A stretch of 64,000 nt of DNA from NCBI GenBank assembly GCA_965112155.1, contig OZ218100.1; one strand, given 5' to 3'. Shown here one piece after another: positions 25,726 to 39,374 of the stretch. Made by a program: the position numbers and the translations under genes. The stretch comes from Podarcis liolepis (taxonomy: Eukaryota). The notes under the pieces are model-generated. The model did not search any database and was not told the DNA's origin. It saw only the letters and a list, made by a program, of their open reading frames with translations. Every line of letters begins with the position of its first letter. Positions within the stretch are counted from its first letter, which is position 1.

Positions 25726-27512
25726 GTATAGTCACTATTAGCATACACCTGTGGCTGTGTAGCTAGGAATATTATTTTGTGTAATCTCGTTGCTTCTCAG
25801 CTCTTTGCGTTTTCCATTTATGTTCAAATTATAGGTATCTCTTATTTCCCAATTTCTGTCGTCACTGATTTCCAACTTATACTCATTGGTGAGGCACTGT
25901 TTGTTGCTTCTTTCAGGCCTTAATTGGACATTTCCATAAATATTTGAATTCTGCTATCAAGCACTTGAATAGGGTGATTTATCAATGCCACTCAATTCTT
26001 TCAGCATCAAGAGAACATCCACATATTAAAGAACTGGTTTGCATACCTGGCCTTTAAATCCAAGCTTCTTTTTGGACGTGGCATTTAAACCTCTGTCATT
26101 TCAGTCCCAGTTCAGTCATCTGCACTTTCTCAATATACTAGGCAGGTGAAACATTGTATTCATTAGGACTTATCTCACTAAAGCACATTCAGAAGAGGAT
26201 GGAAGGCTTATAAGGAACACTCTGTAGAAGTGCCCATTAGCAAACAAAACAAAAACAAAAAACACCCGCAAAAGTCAAATGCAGGTTTGCAGCTTGATAT
26301 TTCACTGACAAGTGAAATACGATAGTTGTGGGGGTGGGTTTCTAATAGCACCATTGTGTTACGGTTCAAAGGGTCTGGCAGTGCAGCTCTTGGTACTGGT
26401 GTGAAAGTCTCAAGCTCTTCCTTTTAAGTCAACAGTATGATCCATTTGCTGTTCAGCAACTGACTTTAGGGCTTCTACATGCACAGGTGTATACACATAT
26501 CCATACCAAGACTTCCAAAACACAGAGCTTTCGTATCTCTTTTGGACGGGCTTTTTACTCTATATGCTACATCCTAAAAACCATTTGCTACTCTAAAACT
26601 TGATGAATAGCTGGATATGAGTCCACCCCAAACTGAAAAGGCATAATATTTAAATTAATGGGTGCATTTTGAGGTGACACAAATAGTGCTTGATATTTGA
26701 TAGACTAATCACACATCTGGGGCACTTCAGCTACTGTACAAAGTTCTCTGGAAAATATTCTCCAGAGGATGGGCCACCAGTACACAGTTCATCACTTTCC
26801 CACTGCCAAAGGAATATTTTATGGCAGTAAAGAAACAAGCTAAATAGTGTAGATGGAGCCTGCTCACCTTCCTCAGCACTGCTTGGCTTCTTCAGGCAGT
26901 AGAGAACTGGAAGAAGCAAGTCAGTGTGCAAACTGCATGAGCCAGTCAAAATCTGACTGGTCTTCTGGAATTAAAATAGCTAAGCTTCACTTGTCTTATA
27001 TGAAATAGCTGCAAGAGAAATTAATCATGACAAGAACTGACAGTAACATAAATTGCAAGACAAAAACAGCTCCCAGTGCAACTAGTCAAGTGTGAGGAAT
27101 ATACTGAGCCTTTGTTCTTTTTATTTGTCTGCAGTACCAGACCCAGAATCCTCATAATTTCCATTCTAAGCATAATCCTTCAACATTATGGTGCTTTGAG
27201 CATCCCTTGCAGCACAGTATGATTACCCCAATCAGAATCACAGATAGAGCAATCCTATGCTCACATTGTGCTGGGACCAGAACTACACTGTTGGAGACAT
27301 GCACAGAGATATGTGCTCAGTCCATAAAGGAAGGGGAGGGTTGAAACACACACAACCAGAAAATATAAAACAGTGTTTAAACAGATGTGTTCCCTGAAAA
27401 ATACACTAGTGGCCACCAATCAGGGCCTGATCTGCCACTGCTCTCTTCCCCTCTACCATGCAGAATGTGTTTACTGAAGAAAGTAAGCCTCATGCTGCAA
27501 TGAAAGAATGGG

Positions 27513-27643
27513 GCGGGGAGAGTGCTGTTGCCCTCAGGTACTGCTTTCAAGCTTCACATGGGCATCTGTTTGGCTGCTACAAGAACAGGATGATGGACGA
27601 TGGGCCATTGGCCTGCCCCAGTGAGAGCCTCTTATGTTCTTAT
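27513..27643 (+). mobile_element. CR1-clade LINE 3' tail
   Basis: ggcatctgtttggc...gaacaggatg...gatgggccattggcctg...ctcttatgttctta. Confidence 0.75.
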
Positions 27644-28204
27644 TCAAGTCATTTTTCTGCAAATACCCCAAAGGAAAGATATACGGTAATATCATATCAC
27701 CTGGTCCACATGGTGAGCTCCTGTTGATGTACAGCTCTCTTTGTGGCAATAGTTACCACATAGAGCAATGAAGAAGTCCATTTGTGCAGCTGGGTTTTGC
27801 TACTCAGTTCAGCCCCCATGGCACTGAGAAGCAGTCCTGAGGGACTTCACCTGCTTTTGCTGGTATCCACTGCACCCAACCCCACAATATTCTGAATGGT
27901 CCCCTGACCCACAGTAATTACTTGGAGGGTGCATGATTATGTAAGCTGTCCACTCATGCGACTCTGGATCTAACGCTATGTATTTCCAATTTGTAAACTG
28001 GTACTAAACTGTGGGAATTCATTAGGGACAAACTTTATTGTTGTTGTTCTTAAGTAAGATGTTTATTGCACCCTACTTTGAAGAAATAGCACGTACTCCA
28101 GCAGAAAACATAACCAAAATCTAATGCATGCACAAATTTGGCTTTGTTTGTGTGGCCTTGGACAAATTGTTAAATGTCAGCCTCAACTACTGCTTGATTT
28201 AGAT

Positions 28205-28346
28205 CAGAAATGGCTAACCTATGGACACTGTAGATGTTGTTGACCGTAACTCCAGTCATCCCTGATCATTGCCCATGGTGGCTGGGGCAGATGGGAGTTG
28301 GAGTCCAACAACATCTGGAGAGTCTCAAGCTAAGTTTGTAACCCAG
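28205..28346. mobile_element. palindromic hAT-like MITE
   Basis: agatgttgttgacc...catccctgatcattg...gatgggagttggagtccaacaacatctggag. Flanks atttagat / atttagtc. Confidence 0.7.
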
Positions 28347-28969
28347 ATTTAGTCTTTGAAATAGGATTAGGATTTAGGAACAAACTAATAAGTAAATCAA
28401 GATAAAGGAACAAATATCCCCTTATCTATGTTTTCCCAAATTCATACCACACATATTGCAATTTACATGTGTTTAATTTAATATGAAATTTAATATGAAG
28501 AGGAAATGCAGCATATTATGTCCCTCTTTGAAAATCTCTGGGGGAACTTGCTTTCATGAATTACCTTTTAAAGTCCTCATTTTGCAGCTCCATTGTGATG
28601 GCAACCGTCCAGCAGTTGTAAAAGATTTGAAGCATATCCTTTCACTTTTAAAAATCTGTTTTGTTTCTCATTTAACAGTTTTCCCAGCTATTACATCAAA
28701 ACAAAAGGTTTCATTTTTCTTTTCTTTTTTCCCCCCCTTGAGTTCAGTGCATGGTGATAAATTGCTCTCAGGATAAAAAAAGACTGATGATGAGGAATAT
28801 GAAAAACATGTTCATTATTAATCCAGACAGAAAATAATTTGACTTTTAAAAATCAGGAAGTTGGTAACTGGTTTTGTAGAAATGATTACACATATGACAT
28901 GATTATTTGTCTACTTAAAAGAAAGTAGATACCATTCCCCCCCCCCCATAAGAGAATTGAGGTATAGTA

Positions 28970-29017
28970 CAGAGTCATCTGCGACTGGACCTAATGGTCA
29001 GGAGTCCCTTTACCTTT
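28970..29017 (+). mobile_element. Sauria SINE 3' terminal fragment
   Basis: cagagtc...cgactggacctaatggtcaggagtccctttaccttt matches the 3' end of 56740-57097. Confidence 0.85.
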
Positions 29018-31350
29018 CTATTTTAAAAAATCCAATCAAGTAACATTTTCATGTAATTATTCACTAATATTCTGCATGATTGAATTAAGAAGGAGAGTTA
29101 AGATATTGGGGGCACAGCCAGCTGTGTGGCTGCTTCAGGTGGCACTATGAGGGTGGGGGGAGGCGAGGAGGAAGGCATGAACTGGTGTCTGAATGGTGCA
29201 GCAAGATTTTTAAAGTGTTTTAAATGTTCACTCTAGTCTAGTGGCAGCCAGCACTGCTTGGGAGCTCAGTTTTTCTTGAGTAGTTCCCTACACCCCAACT
29301 CCCCCTATTGATTTGGCCAACATCCCCTGCCCTGCAAATCTGGCCTCAACTACTACTCCCACTGCAAAGAAAACCCTGGCTAGCTATTAGCATGCTCACT
29401 CTGTTTTCGTGACCATTTGTGGTATCTATCCTGTTGTGTGTGTTTTTATGAAATGCTGCACTTTGATGCATTTTCCCCTAGACCAGTGATCTGATTAGAG
29501 CAAAAGAATGGCCTGTCTGCATTTTAATCTGGTATTGTGCACATCTCCCCTCTCTGTCTCCCCACCCTCCATATGAGTTATGCTTCTTTACACCTGCATT
29601 TGGTAATGCAATTAAATGACGTTGAGTAAAGTGCATTTCAGAATCATTTTCAGATGCTCAGATTCACACATTACATGAAGAGGCAGGAGTGGAGACGCAC
29701 TCATTGGCCCCACCCTCTCCATCACGTCTCCATCGCTTTACATGTATTGTGGGTGGAAGTCTGAAACAAAAATCTTGCTCTATGTATGTAGGGTACCCAC
29801 ATGATTTAGAACACTCAGCATGGCTCCCTGCTCCAGACATTTCCCAACTCTAGTGCATGTAGGGAACATGACTCCTACTGCTCCCTTCTCACATTATGGG
29901 AAATGTGTGAGTTTGAACACTAGAAGAGGGCTACAGTCTTGCTTTTAACTACCTGGTGCAACCATTCCTTCCACAAATGTAGCTCATGAGACCCCATTCA
30001 TGCCAATGTAGGTGATAATAGGTAGGATGATAAAGGAGTATGTGTGTTCGATTTGGTAAACGTTTTGTACTTGCCATCAAAACTGACTTCAAAGCTGGCT
30101 TAACGACATTTTTTTATCCTATCAATGCTAAGTGTGGCCAAGTAGGAAAACGAATATCGCATCTGATCTTGTATTCCTGCACAAGAGAGTGGGTGCACTA
30201 ACATTTTGTATTTCTGGTTTATTGCCTTCTCTGGGGTGGAATGTTTTAGCCACATTTAGCAGCCATGTCAGAATCACTTTGCCTCTTACCTATGATGTTC
30301 AAAACCACAGAAGTAATCAGTTCAGAGTATCTTGGATACACCTCCAGCTAACCAAACTATGTAAGCCCCTTTAACTAATATAGTTTCACCAGAGAAATCA
30401 TAGGTCTGCATAACAGACCTCAGAACCAGACTGGAAGAGCCTTGGTGTCTGACTGACTGCACCCATAGAGAAGCTTCTGAAGGGAACTGTTGGTCTGATC
30501 TCTGCTGGCAGCTCTGCACTGCTGATGACTTGGAGGGAGTACTGCACAAGCCCAACAGAATCAAGTCACCTTAGGCGTCAATGAGGTCCTGTCAAGCCAC
30601 AAAGGACTGCTTTCTCTAGTCCTCCTCTTATTGTCATGGCCAGAAGATCTGCCTGAGCAGCTGTCCTGCCTCTTTGTCTCTCTTTCAGCATCCAGCCTGT
30701 GAGGATAAGCAACCACCACAGAAAACTCTCAGCTTCCTCACAAATCACAGCTCTTACATTTGCATGAGGGAAGCTATTATAACATTAAACTGGTTGCAGT
30801 TGGCTTCATGTCTGTTGATATGGCTTCTGTCATTAGAGCTTTAGCTGAAGCTACGTAACTCAGCTTTGCTCAGATCTGGTGAGACTGTATGAGCCTTTGT
30901 TTAGTTCTCCCTGGCTGTCTTTATAATGCTTGGGTTTATCATTAGCTTAAAAAGAGCATGGTACTAGTGGACTTGAATTGACAGGGGCATTAAATAGTTC
31001 TATTATAAAACTGGTACTTGAGTAGAAAAAGAGACTGGCTTTTTAGCTCTTGATACAATTGTCACTACTGTGCGTAAATTAGGGTAAATTGAGATCATAC
31101 ATCTCAGTGAGATCTCATGCTGTTCATTTTACCTAAAAGCTAGAACACTAAGACCCATGGCATTCCAAGTCGAAGCCCCAACACTTTATGGCATATTCTT
31201 AAGAGAGGCTGGCACAAATTACTGGTAGTTCACTTTACCTGCATGACAAAAAAGGCCATTCTAGTTTTCCAAAACATAGTTTGGGAACTATTCTAACAAT
31301 CCTGAACAACTTTGAATACTTACAGTTTAAATATTCCCCTATCAAGCAAC

Positions 31351-31530
31351 AGGAACATAGGGACTTGTTCCTTCTATTAAATCAGACTATTGATCCATCT
31401 AGTTCAGTATTGTCTATACTCTAAACTGACTTGCAGTGGCTCTCCAGGGTTTCAGATGAGATATTCCCAGTTTTACCTGGATAAGATAAAGATTGAACCT
31501 GGGACTGCAGAGCAAACACTCAACTATGGT
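31351..31530 (-). mobile_element. Squam3-like SINE (decayed)
   Basis: aggaacatagg...ccatctagttcagtattgtcta...gtggctctccagggtttcaga...gattgaacctgggac is the reverse complement of 48293-48475. Confidence 0.75.
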
Positions 31531-31657
31531 TGTTCCTTAATCAAATATTTAATAGGCTAATTAGGCTGTTTACAAGGTCCCCATTCAGGATGCAAATGTC
31601 CAGTTGTGAGAGGAAGCTGACACAAGTCCTGTCTCCCACTCCATGCCTTTTCCAATA

Positions 31658-31882
31658 CAGCGGTACCTCGGGTTACATACGCTTCAGATTACAGACTCCG
31701 CTAACCCAGAAATAGTGCTTCAGGTTAAGAACTTTGCTTCAGGATGAGAACAGAAATCGTGCTTTGGCGGTGCGGTGGCAGCAGGAGGCCTCATTAGCTA
31801 AAGTGGTCTTCAGGTTAAGAACAGTTTCAGGTTAAGAACGGACCTCCGGAACAAATTAAGTACTTAACCTGAGGTACCACTG
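31658..31882 (+). mobile_element. Tc1/mariner-pogo (Tigger-like) MITE, copy 1
   Basis: TA-CAGCGGTACCTC...GAGGTACCACTG-TA; five homologous copies in the window. Confidence 0.9.
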
Positions 31883-33771
31883 TAATGGAAAAGGGCAGAA
31901 TCTTAATAATCCCTGCATGTATCATCTTTCAGGCCTTTTAGGTTTATGGAAGGTTTATGCCAGTATCAACACAGAGAAAGTTGTCAGGAGGCAATGTCTC
32001 TGGCAGTAATAGAATGCAGTTAACATTAGGAACTGTTGCTGCTATTGGTCTGCTCTGCTTAAGCTGTTATTTTAAAGGAAATGCTTAGGATCGTTTGCCG
32101 GTCTAAAAGTTCATGGAGTACAAATGCTTCAGTTTAACATTATCCCCTTCAGTCTTCTTTTGCATGGAGGTACTGATAGAATGCTTGTTCCTCTTAGCCA
32201 TCACAAATTATATACCAGTAATTTAATCTAAATGCAGGCATAATAACAGGTGTGGTCACTTGTACTGGTTCATTGAATTTGAAGTGCCCTGCCCTTGTGA
32301 GCAAGACTTTTTTTTGGAAGTGTATGCACATGCCCAGGCTTGAAGTGCATAACAAGTGAAACAACTAACTTAATGAAAGCAAGCATAGCAACTAACTTAA
32401 TGAAAGCTTCATAAGTTCGTGAGTCTTGAACCAGAATTTCCACTGAACTGAATTTCCACTAAAGACAACACCTATCCTTTGGTCTTTTCACTTAAGTGTT
32501 CTGACTCTCCCCTACCTCTCAAATCTAGATCAAAAATTATACTTAGGGCTTGAGCATATTTGATGTTTAACCACTCAGTTATTATAACCAGGTGTAACAG
32601 CTTCGTTTATCCAAAGAAACAACAAGCTTTCATTTAAGCAATGACCAAAGGTATATCACCAGTGGTAACATAGACAAGTTTCTTTTGCAGTGTGTCAGCA
32701 TCAAAGGGCGACTCCACACATTATGGTTGTTGTACCGAATAACTGGTGTTACTGGTGTTTCTTGCAGAAAATATAAAGTATGGATATCATACACATAAAT
32801 ATGCACATGTTTCTTTAAACACCCATATACATAAGTCTAGAATATATCATTATGCCAGGGTTCCTAAATGCATATACACAGTGTTTAAATATATATATAT
32901 ATATACATTTGTACGAAGTCTGCATTTTATGTATTACACAGGCATTTCCTGTAGCACTCGCAGTGAAGGGTTCCTTTTGTTCATGAGAGGCATTTGATGA
33001 TTCCACTGGCAGAAGTGGCGGAGAAAGGCAAAATTAGTCAATCCCCCACCTTCCCCTGCAGGTCCCTCCATGCTGTTCCCAAGGGTTCCCCAACTTTCTG
33101 TAGCAGATTTTCAGGGGTGCAAAAAGATGCAGGTGAAAAGGGCAAATTGGCAAAAGCTGCCTTTCCCTTTTGGCCACAGGAGTGTCCTGTGAGGAGAACC
33201 TCATTAGCAGAAGGGAACTCAAGATCCAAGGATATTCAAGAAATTAAATACACTTTCCCCTATCCAGTTTTAATCAAATCTTAGCTGCCTTCCTGATGGG
33301 CCAGATGTAAACTGGAATTATCATTCTTGTGTCTTTGATATGTAGACATTAATACACAGGAATCAGGACTAGACGGAGATAGCCAACAGGAAAGGGGGAA
33401 AATAACAATACAGTACAGCTTATTTATATTTAGAGGGAATTGCCCAAGTACCTCTGTTGGACAGGACACATTTCTAGTTGTCCTAGGGCCATGAATCATT
33501 TACATAATAACATACATGCTCTGGATAAGGGTGGGTGGGGTCTCATAGAATTAGAGATACTTGAAACTTCAAACAGCCAAATGATCAAAGTTGGGTATGA
33601 GAGAACTGCAAAAAGTGCTAAGGATGCACTTTTTGCAACATACCGTATTATTGCATGCCACCCCAATCTCTGAGTGGTGCAAGATTTCAGGCATTCCAGG
33701 TGCTTTCCCAGGGTTTGCATTTCCTTTGGAATGAGGGAGAGTGGAGAATGTGGTGTCTTTATGGTAAATTG

Positions 33772-33907
33772 CAGGCATCCCCAAACTTGGCCCTCCAGAT
33801 GTTTTGGGACTACAACTCTCACCATCCCTAGCTAACAGGACCAGTGGTCAGGGATGATGGGAATTGTAGTCCCAAAACATCTGGAGGGCCGAGTTTGGGG
33901 ATGCCTG
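33772..33907. mobile_element. near-perfect palindromic hAT (Charlie-like) MITE
   Basis: 58-bp arms (33772-33829 and 33850-33907) with 4 mismatches and a 20-nt spacer. Termini CAGGCATCCCCAAACT / AGTTTGGGGATGCCTG. Confidence 0.9.
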
Positions 33908-36258
33908 GAATATGGTTTATTTTCATATAACCTGAGCCTGCAGTGTAGGAAATTTGTGCTGGATCCAGGAATTAGAAGGGCCCCGAGCACAAAGCTATCC
34001 TGCCAAACTCATAGCAATATAAATTGCTGAAGTATTTTATCTAGCCCTAAGAGAAAGCTTTAGTTTTGAATAATTATACTACTACAAGCATCATTTCCCA
34101 TAGAGTATAAGTCAGTGACCTGCGTATAAATTATAATACAGAAAACTAAGGAGTGTGACTTTTTTTAAAAAAAACAAAAACCACAACTATCTTTTCTTGA
34201 AAGAAGGGACATTGTGCCTTCTGGAGAGATCTCTTGAGGAACAAATGGGCAATTGATCCTCAGGATCATCATCCACTTTCTTAAATTATAAAATAAAAAT
34301 GATCGGAGAAAATGGATTTTTACTGCAGCCATTAAATGAAAAGATCTCATTCTAATTGTAATAGCATTTTTTTTTCATCTCTGCAGTCTAATCTTATTCT
34401 TACTTCAGACTAACAATGCCTTTTTCTCTGGATCTGAATTACTTTTTTCATTTGAATTAACTTTTAAAACATATGCAAATAAGAAAATATTTAATTTACA
34501 ATAACTTTTGATACAAGTGTTCATATGTCAGTTTAGTCACACATATGCCCCTTTCCCAACAGTGAATGAAAACCTAATTTCATTTTTAGATGGGTAGATA
34601 GACCAGAAGAAGGTTTGCATGAGGCTGGGGAGAGCTGAAGCTGAGTTAACATTCCCTGCAAGAGTTGAGAGAAGCATTGGCTGGCTTCACAGTTTCCCCC
34701 ACATTCTGATTTTTGCCGAACACACACATCATCATTTGTGATATACTGCCAGGTCAAAAATTATGAAACCAGTATCATGATATGGACTTCAAACTGGTTT
34801 TGAATGATATATCACCCAGCCTTATTCATGGTATAGCTTTCATCATAGGCACAAGAATAATCTCCTTATCCTGGCCTTTGACACCTGAGAGATGTATGTG
34901 TGTTCACAAAACATTTATTTAAAGATGGAAAATATTTAATGTGGGGAAACGAAAACAAGTAATAAAGTTCAGCTTTTAATCCACTTTTCATTCATATGAC
35001 AGCCAGGCCAGATACTCCCAAACTGCCCAGACCAGTAAAAATAACCTTCATTTGTTCATATCCTGTTTTCTGTAGACACAGTTCACACATTCACTGCAAG
35101 TCATTGAGACTGAAGGATAATGTATCACCCATGCTTTTATGAAACATGCCCTCTGGTGTCTAACATCATGCAATGCACATACATCCCAAAGGACATTATC
35201 AGTTTTAAGATTTGTAATGTCAGTAAATACACCCTTAATAATGGAGCCTAAACAATGCTACTTTAATGAAACCCTGCATAACTACCGCAAGAACTATGCT
35301 TTGACAACATAAGCAAATGGAGATAATCCACACTCAGAATATTTTATTTTATACTGAAAGCAGACATGGGGCTTGCTGATTTGTCACCCCACATCACAGT
35401 GTTGTTTTGTTTTTAATTCTAGTGGTGAAATGTATTAGATTTAACAGAGACAAATCTAAGTATCAGGATAATAGAATAAGTACCGGTAGTCAAAAACCAG
35501 AAAGTATGTGCTACATGCTAGCCTCTTATGAAAGTCTCCCATGATTTTGTTCCCAGAAACATTCAACCCACCATAGAATGGCTATTATTATTATTACTAT
35601 TATTGCCCTCTGTGAGGTTATGTTCAAGCAAGTATCACATGTTAAATTGATTATGTAGTGTATAATTTGAAAAGAATGCATTCACCATTGGATTTACACA
35701 GTCAGTCTAAGAATGAACTCAGCAATTTCTGTCATATAAAACAGCTCCAACCCCCCCTCCCCCCCACCCAAGTGTTTCGTATTTTAATGAGTCAACTGCA
35801 GCTCCACACAACTACTAATTTCAACCCACTTGTCCAAAGGGACAGGCAAAAACATGCAATTTTACAGCAATTATAATCAGAGAAGAATGCTTAGCGGTAA
35901 TGGTAGGCAGAAAAATTGACAGTCAAGAATTTAAAGCAGCATTTGCTACTTCTCCTGTTTCATATTCAATCATATAAGGCTTTGACAGACTCCATTAAAA
36001 TCTAGTTAATGGTAATTCCAGACAATAATGTCATACTGCACAGCAACACTCCAACATAGTGACAGATTTTATGGTCTGCAAGGCCCTGTGCACAGCCCTT
36101 TTGAGGGGCCCTATTCCTTCACCTAAATAAACGTGACTATGCAAAAATTATGGTTGTATGAAGAGTTGATAACAATAACGTTTCTGCCCTCGCACTGTGC
36201 TCCCCCATTCTCAGACAACTTGGGAACAATTCCTACTGCGGGCCAGGCAGGAAGAAAA

Positions 36259-36530
36259 GATGATGATGATAATAATGATGCCTCTGAAATGGGTTCCCCC
36301 TCCAAAAAAACAATGATGGAAAATGTGATGATGATCATAATTATGATGATAATAATAAAGATGATGATAATGCCTTTGTACTTCCTCAATCCCGGAAAAG
36401 GTGAAAATGATTATGCTGATGATGCCTCTGGGCTGGGCTCCCCGCCCTCCAAACACCCCCCTAAAAAAAAACCTGGGAACCATCAGGGTAAATGTGGTGG
36501 TGGTGATGTCTCTGCACCCCACCCCCCATA
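36259..36530. repeat. degenerate (GAT/AAT)n tract with a recurring gatgcctctg + C-rich unit
   Basis: Four imperfect units (tgatgcctctg, taatgcctttg, tgatgcctctg, tgatgtctctg), each followed by a C-rich run. Confidence 0.7.
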
Positions 36531-38534
36531 ACACCTTTCATGGGCAGCAAAGCAAAGAGAAGACAAATGAGCAGAGCACTTCTTAGCTCCCCCCTTCTTA
36601 AAAAGCCGTGCCATGTGCAGCCAAAGCTGAGAAAGTGGAACGGCCTGGGCACTTCCGCCACCCCCAACATTCTCCAAGAACCGAGGGGGTGGCAACTATC
36701 CTGCTTCTTCTCTTCTCCCCATCTTTGTCCTGCAACAAAGGAGGACAGGAGTTAACATCATAGCCAACTGGAGTTGGAAATGGGTGGGCCCTTCCACCTC
36801 TAGCAAGTGCTAGAAAAAGGATTATACTCTGCTTGTGTTGGGTTGGCAGCCTCCAGCTTGGAAGGTTGCCTGCACGTTATGCTTCGTAACTTCCTTTCTT
36901 AGAAGGGCAATAGGCTTAGGGTTTTTTTGAAATGAAAGTTTAGAATGGCATGGCCACTTCTGGCATGGCCCTTGCTGTAATTATTTAAATCCCACCATTA
37001 TAAATCTGGCCTTGCCTTCCTTGGACCCCAGGGATACATTGCCTGGTGTCGAAGCAACTCACTTTTCACTCACAGCTCTGACTTCACTCATTGACTAAAA
37101 ACACTGACAGGTGGGAAAAGCCAGTCTGGCTTTTTAAAAAATAAAAATAAAAAAATGCTTAGAAGGGTACCTGCACATTGTGCTTCATGACTTTATTTCT
37201 AGAAGGGCTAGAGACTAATTTTTTGAAAAAACAAAACCTCAAAGTCTGATGCCCCTGTTCAGACACACCAAAGGCAGCCTTCATGGTCTCTGGGTTCGCG
37301 CACACACACACAGACCCATGGATTAGCCTCCACTAACTTTAATCAAGGAGTAGGAGAAATGAGGAGTGAAACAATGCAACTAACTAAAATAGTAGAATTC
37401 AACAATGGCAACTCATTGTTTGCAGTCATGTTTCAAAGGTATTCTTTCAGTTAGTAATGTATACTAATAACTTGGGGAGCCCTCAGCTTCCAGAGACCCT
37501 GATTCTGTGCACAATGTGCATGCTTATAAATCTGTCACTGAACAAAATACACTATATACATGTAAGTGTGGGAATGTCTAGCTAAACATACTCAAACACA
37601 TACAATCTCATAAACACAGCTGCCACTAGAAAGCTTTCTTCCTCCTATGCAAAGTTTTAAAAATTTTCCCTCTGAAACTCTGGCAGTCCTACACTTTATC
37701 ACCTGGATTTTGCCCATTTGTGGACTTGCATTTCTGCTTTTGGCTTTAATTTTACCACATTCTGTTCAAAATATTTCAGTGTGGTAATCGCTATAGTTCC
37801 ATCTGAGATGCAAAAGTCCAGCTGCTATCATAATAAAACAGAACTCATTTCGCAGATTTTGGATAACTGAAGAGGGGCAGAGCCATGGTCCTCTCCCAAA
37901 TCTTAAATACAGGTTCCCAACGTACATCCAAATTTTGTCTAAGAATTGCACCAGAAGTTTGTTTGTAAAGAGCTGAGAAAAGGACTGCCTTTTAACAGAC
38001 CTTGAATTTAATGAGAATGGCATGTTAATGAAATGAAGTCCATAATAGCAGTCTACAAAAGCGTTAACACTGCATTTTCAGACTCTGCTCACATTGTGCA
38101 AGCATTTTATTTGGGCTTTAGGGTTAAAGTCAAATTAAGTGCAAATCCATAAATACCATTTTCATGGCATAATTACTGATTAGCATAATTATGTTCTAAT
38201 GTAATTTCCTTAATTTATGTCTTAGCAGATTGGCAGAAAGTTGCTTTCTTCTCGAGCTGCTTAGAATTTGGTTCTTAGATGAGGTTATTGATCTCCAATT
38301 AAGCCAACCCCCCCACCCTTGTAGCACTAATATTAATGGAGCTCTTCATCATGGAAAGGCCATCTTAGCTTTCTGGTAAAAGGTGGGGAGGAGGTCCTGC
38401 AGGGGTTTTCTTCCCTTTCCATCATAAAAACTGTAACAAGTGATTGCTAGACATTAAATGACAGGATAAGACCACAGGGATTTTTTAAAAAGTCCATTAA
38501 ATGAAAATCTTTCTGATACTGTCAGGTGCAAACT

Positions 38535-38703
38535 TGAATAAAATATGGGGGGGAGTAAGCCCCACCCTGCATAATCGATCACATGATACAGTGCATGCAC
38601 ACCATTTGAATGGCAATGCCCATCAACTTTGGGGGCAGCCCCCTTAAACATTTTATCGGGGAGGGGGGGAGCCTCCTAGGCTCCTAGAGGTTGGCTCCTC
38701 TGG
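38535..38703. mobile_element. probable non-autonomous DNA-transposon fragment
   Basis: GC-richer island ending cctaggctcctagaggttggctcctctg, resembling common lacertid hAT-like repeats. No TSD identified. Confidence 0.35.
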
Positions 38704-39374
38704 ATACTGTTGATGCTACCACACCCATGGATTCAAATGTACATGACTGTTAGAATTTATCACAATGTTGGAACTAAGTCCTGAATACTGTATATTTACT
38801 TCACTTTCTGTGCTGCTCTTCCCTGCCTCCACATTGATTCTGCTGCTGCTTCCATTGCCAGTGTCCCACCTGTCATCTCATCACAGTTTTCTCAAATGCT
38901 TTTCCTGGTGGTAGAGATAGAATCAGATGTGAGCCCTCTATGCCAACATACTTTTAAACACCAAGCTATAAAGGCTCCATGGCTGACTTACATCCATATT
39001 TTTATCCTCAAAGATCATGCTATACAGAGCCTTCAAACACTTCATTCTTGTCTCTGTTCAGAAGCACTTTAAGGCTAAATGGAATGAGAACATAGGACTC
39101 CCTTGTGTAAAGGGAAAATGCTACGGCAGTAAGCATGTAGCTCTGCTGGACTGCCCCACTGATAATTTGGGTATAATTATGGAAGCAGTAAGTATGTGCC
39201 TGGTCAACTGGAGGCAGTTATTATTTCCTCCAGGAAACAGCCAAGTCCTACATTGCAAGTTATTATGACAGAGAAATACAAAATCACTCTGAAACATTAG
39301 GGCCGATTCCTCCTGTCCCTTTCCCATGTAATTTACAGTTACAATCAGTTACTATCAACTTACACACAGCACTC

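Noticed and set aside
31530-31715. Shared peptide YSGTSGYIRFRL with ORF 55864-56058
   Set aside because: It is the translation of the MITE terminus.
36123-36755. Stack of overlapping ORFs rich in D, M, I and H
   Set aside because: Produced by the (GAT)n and C-rich low-complexity tract; no domain or splice support.
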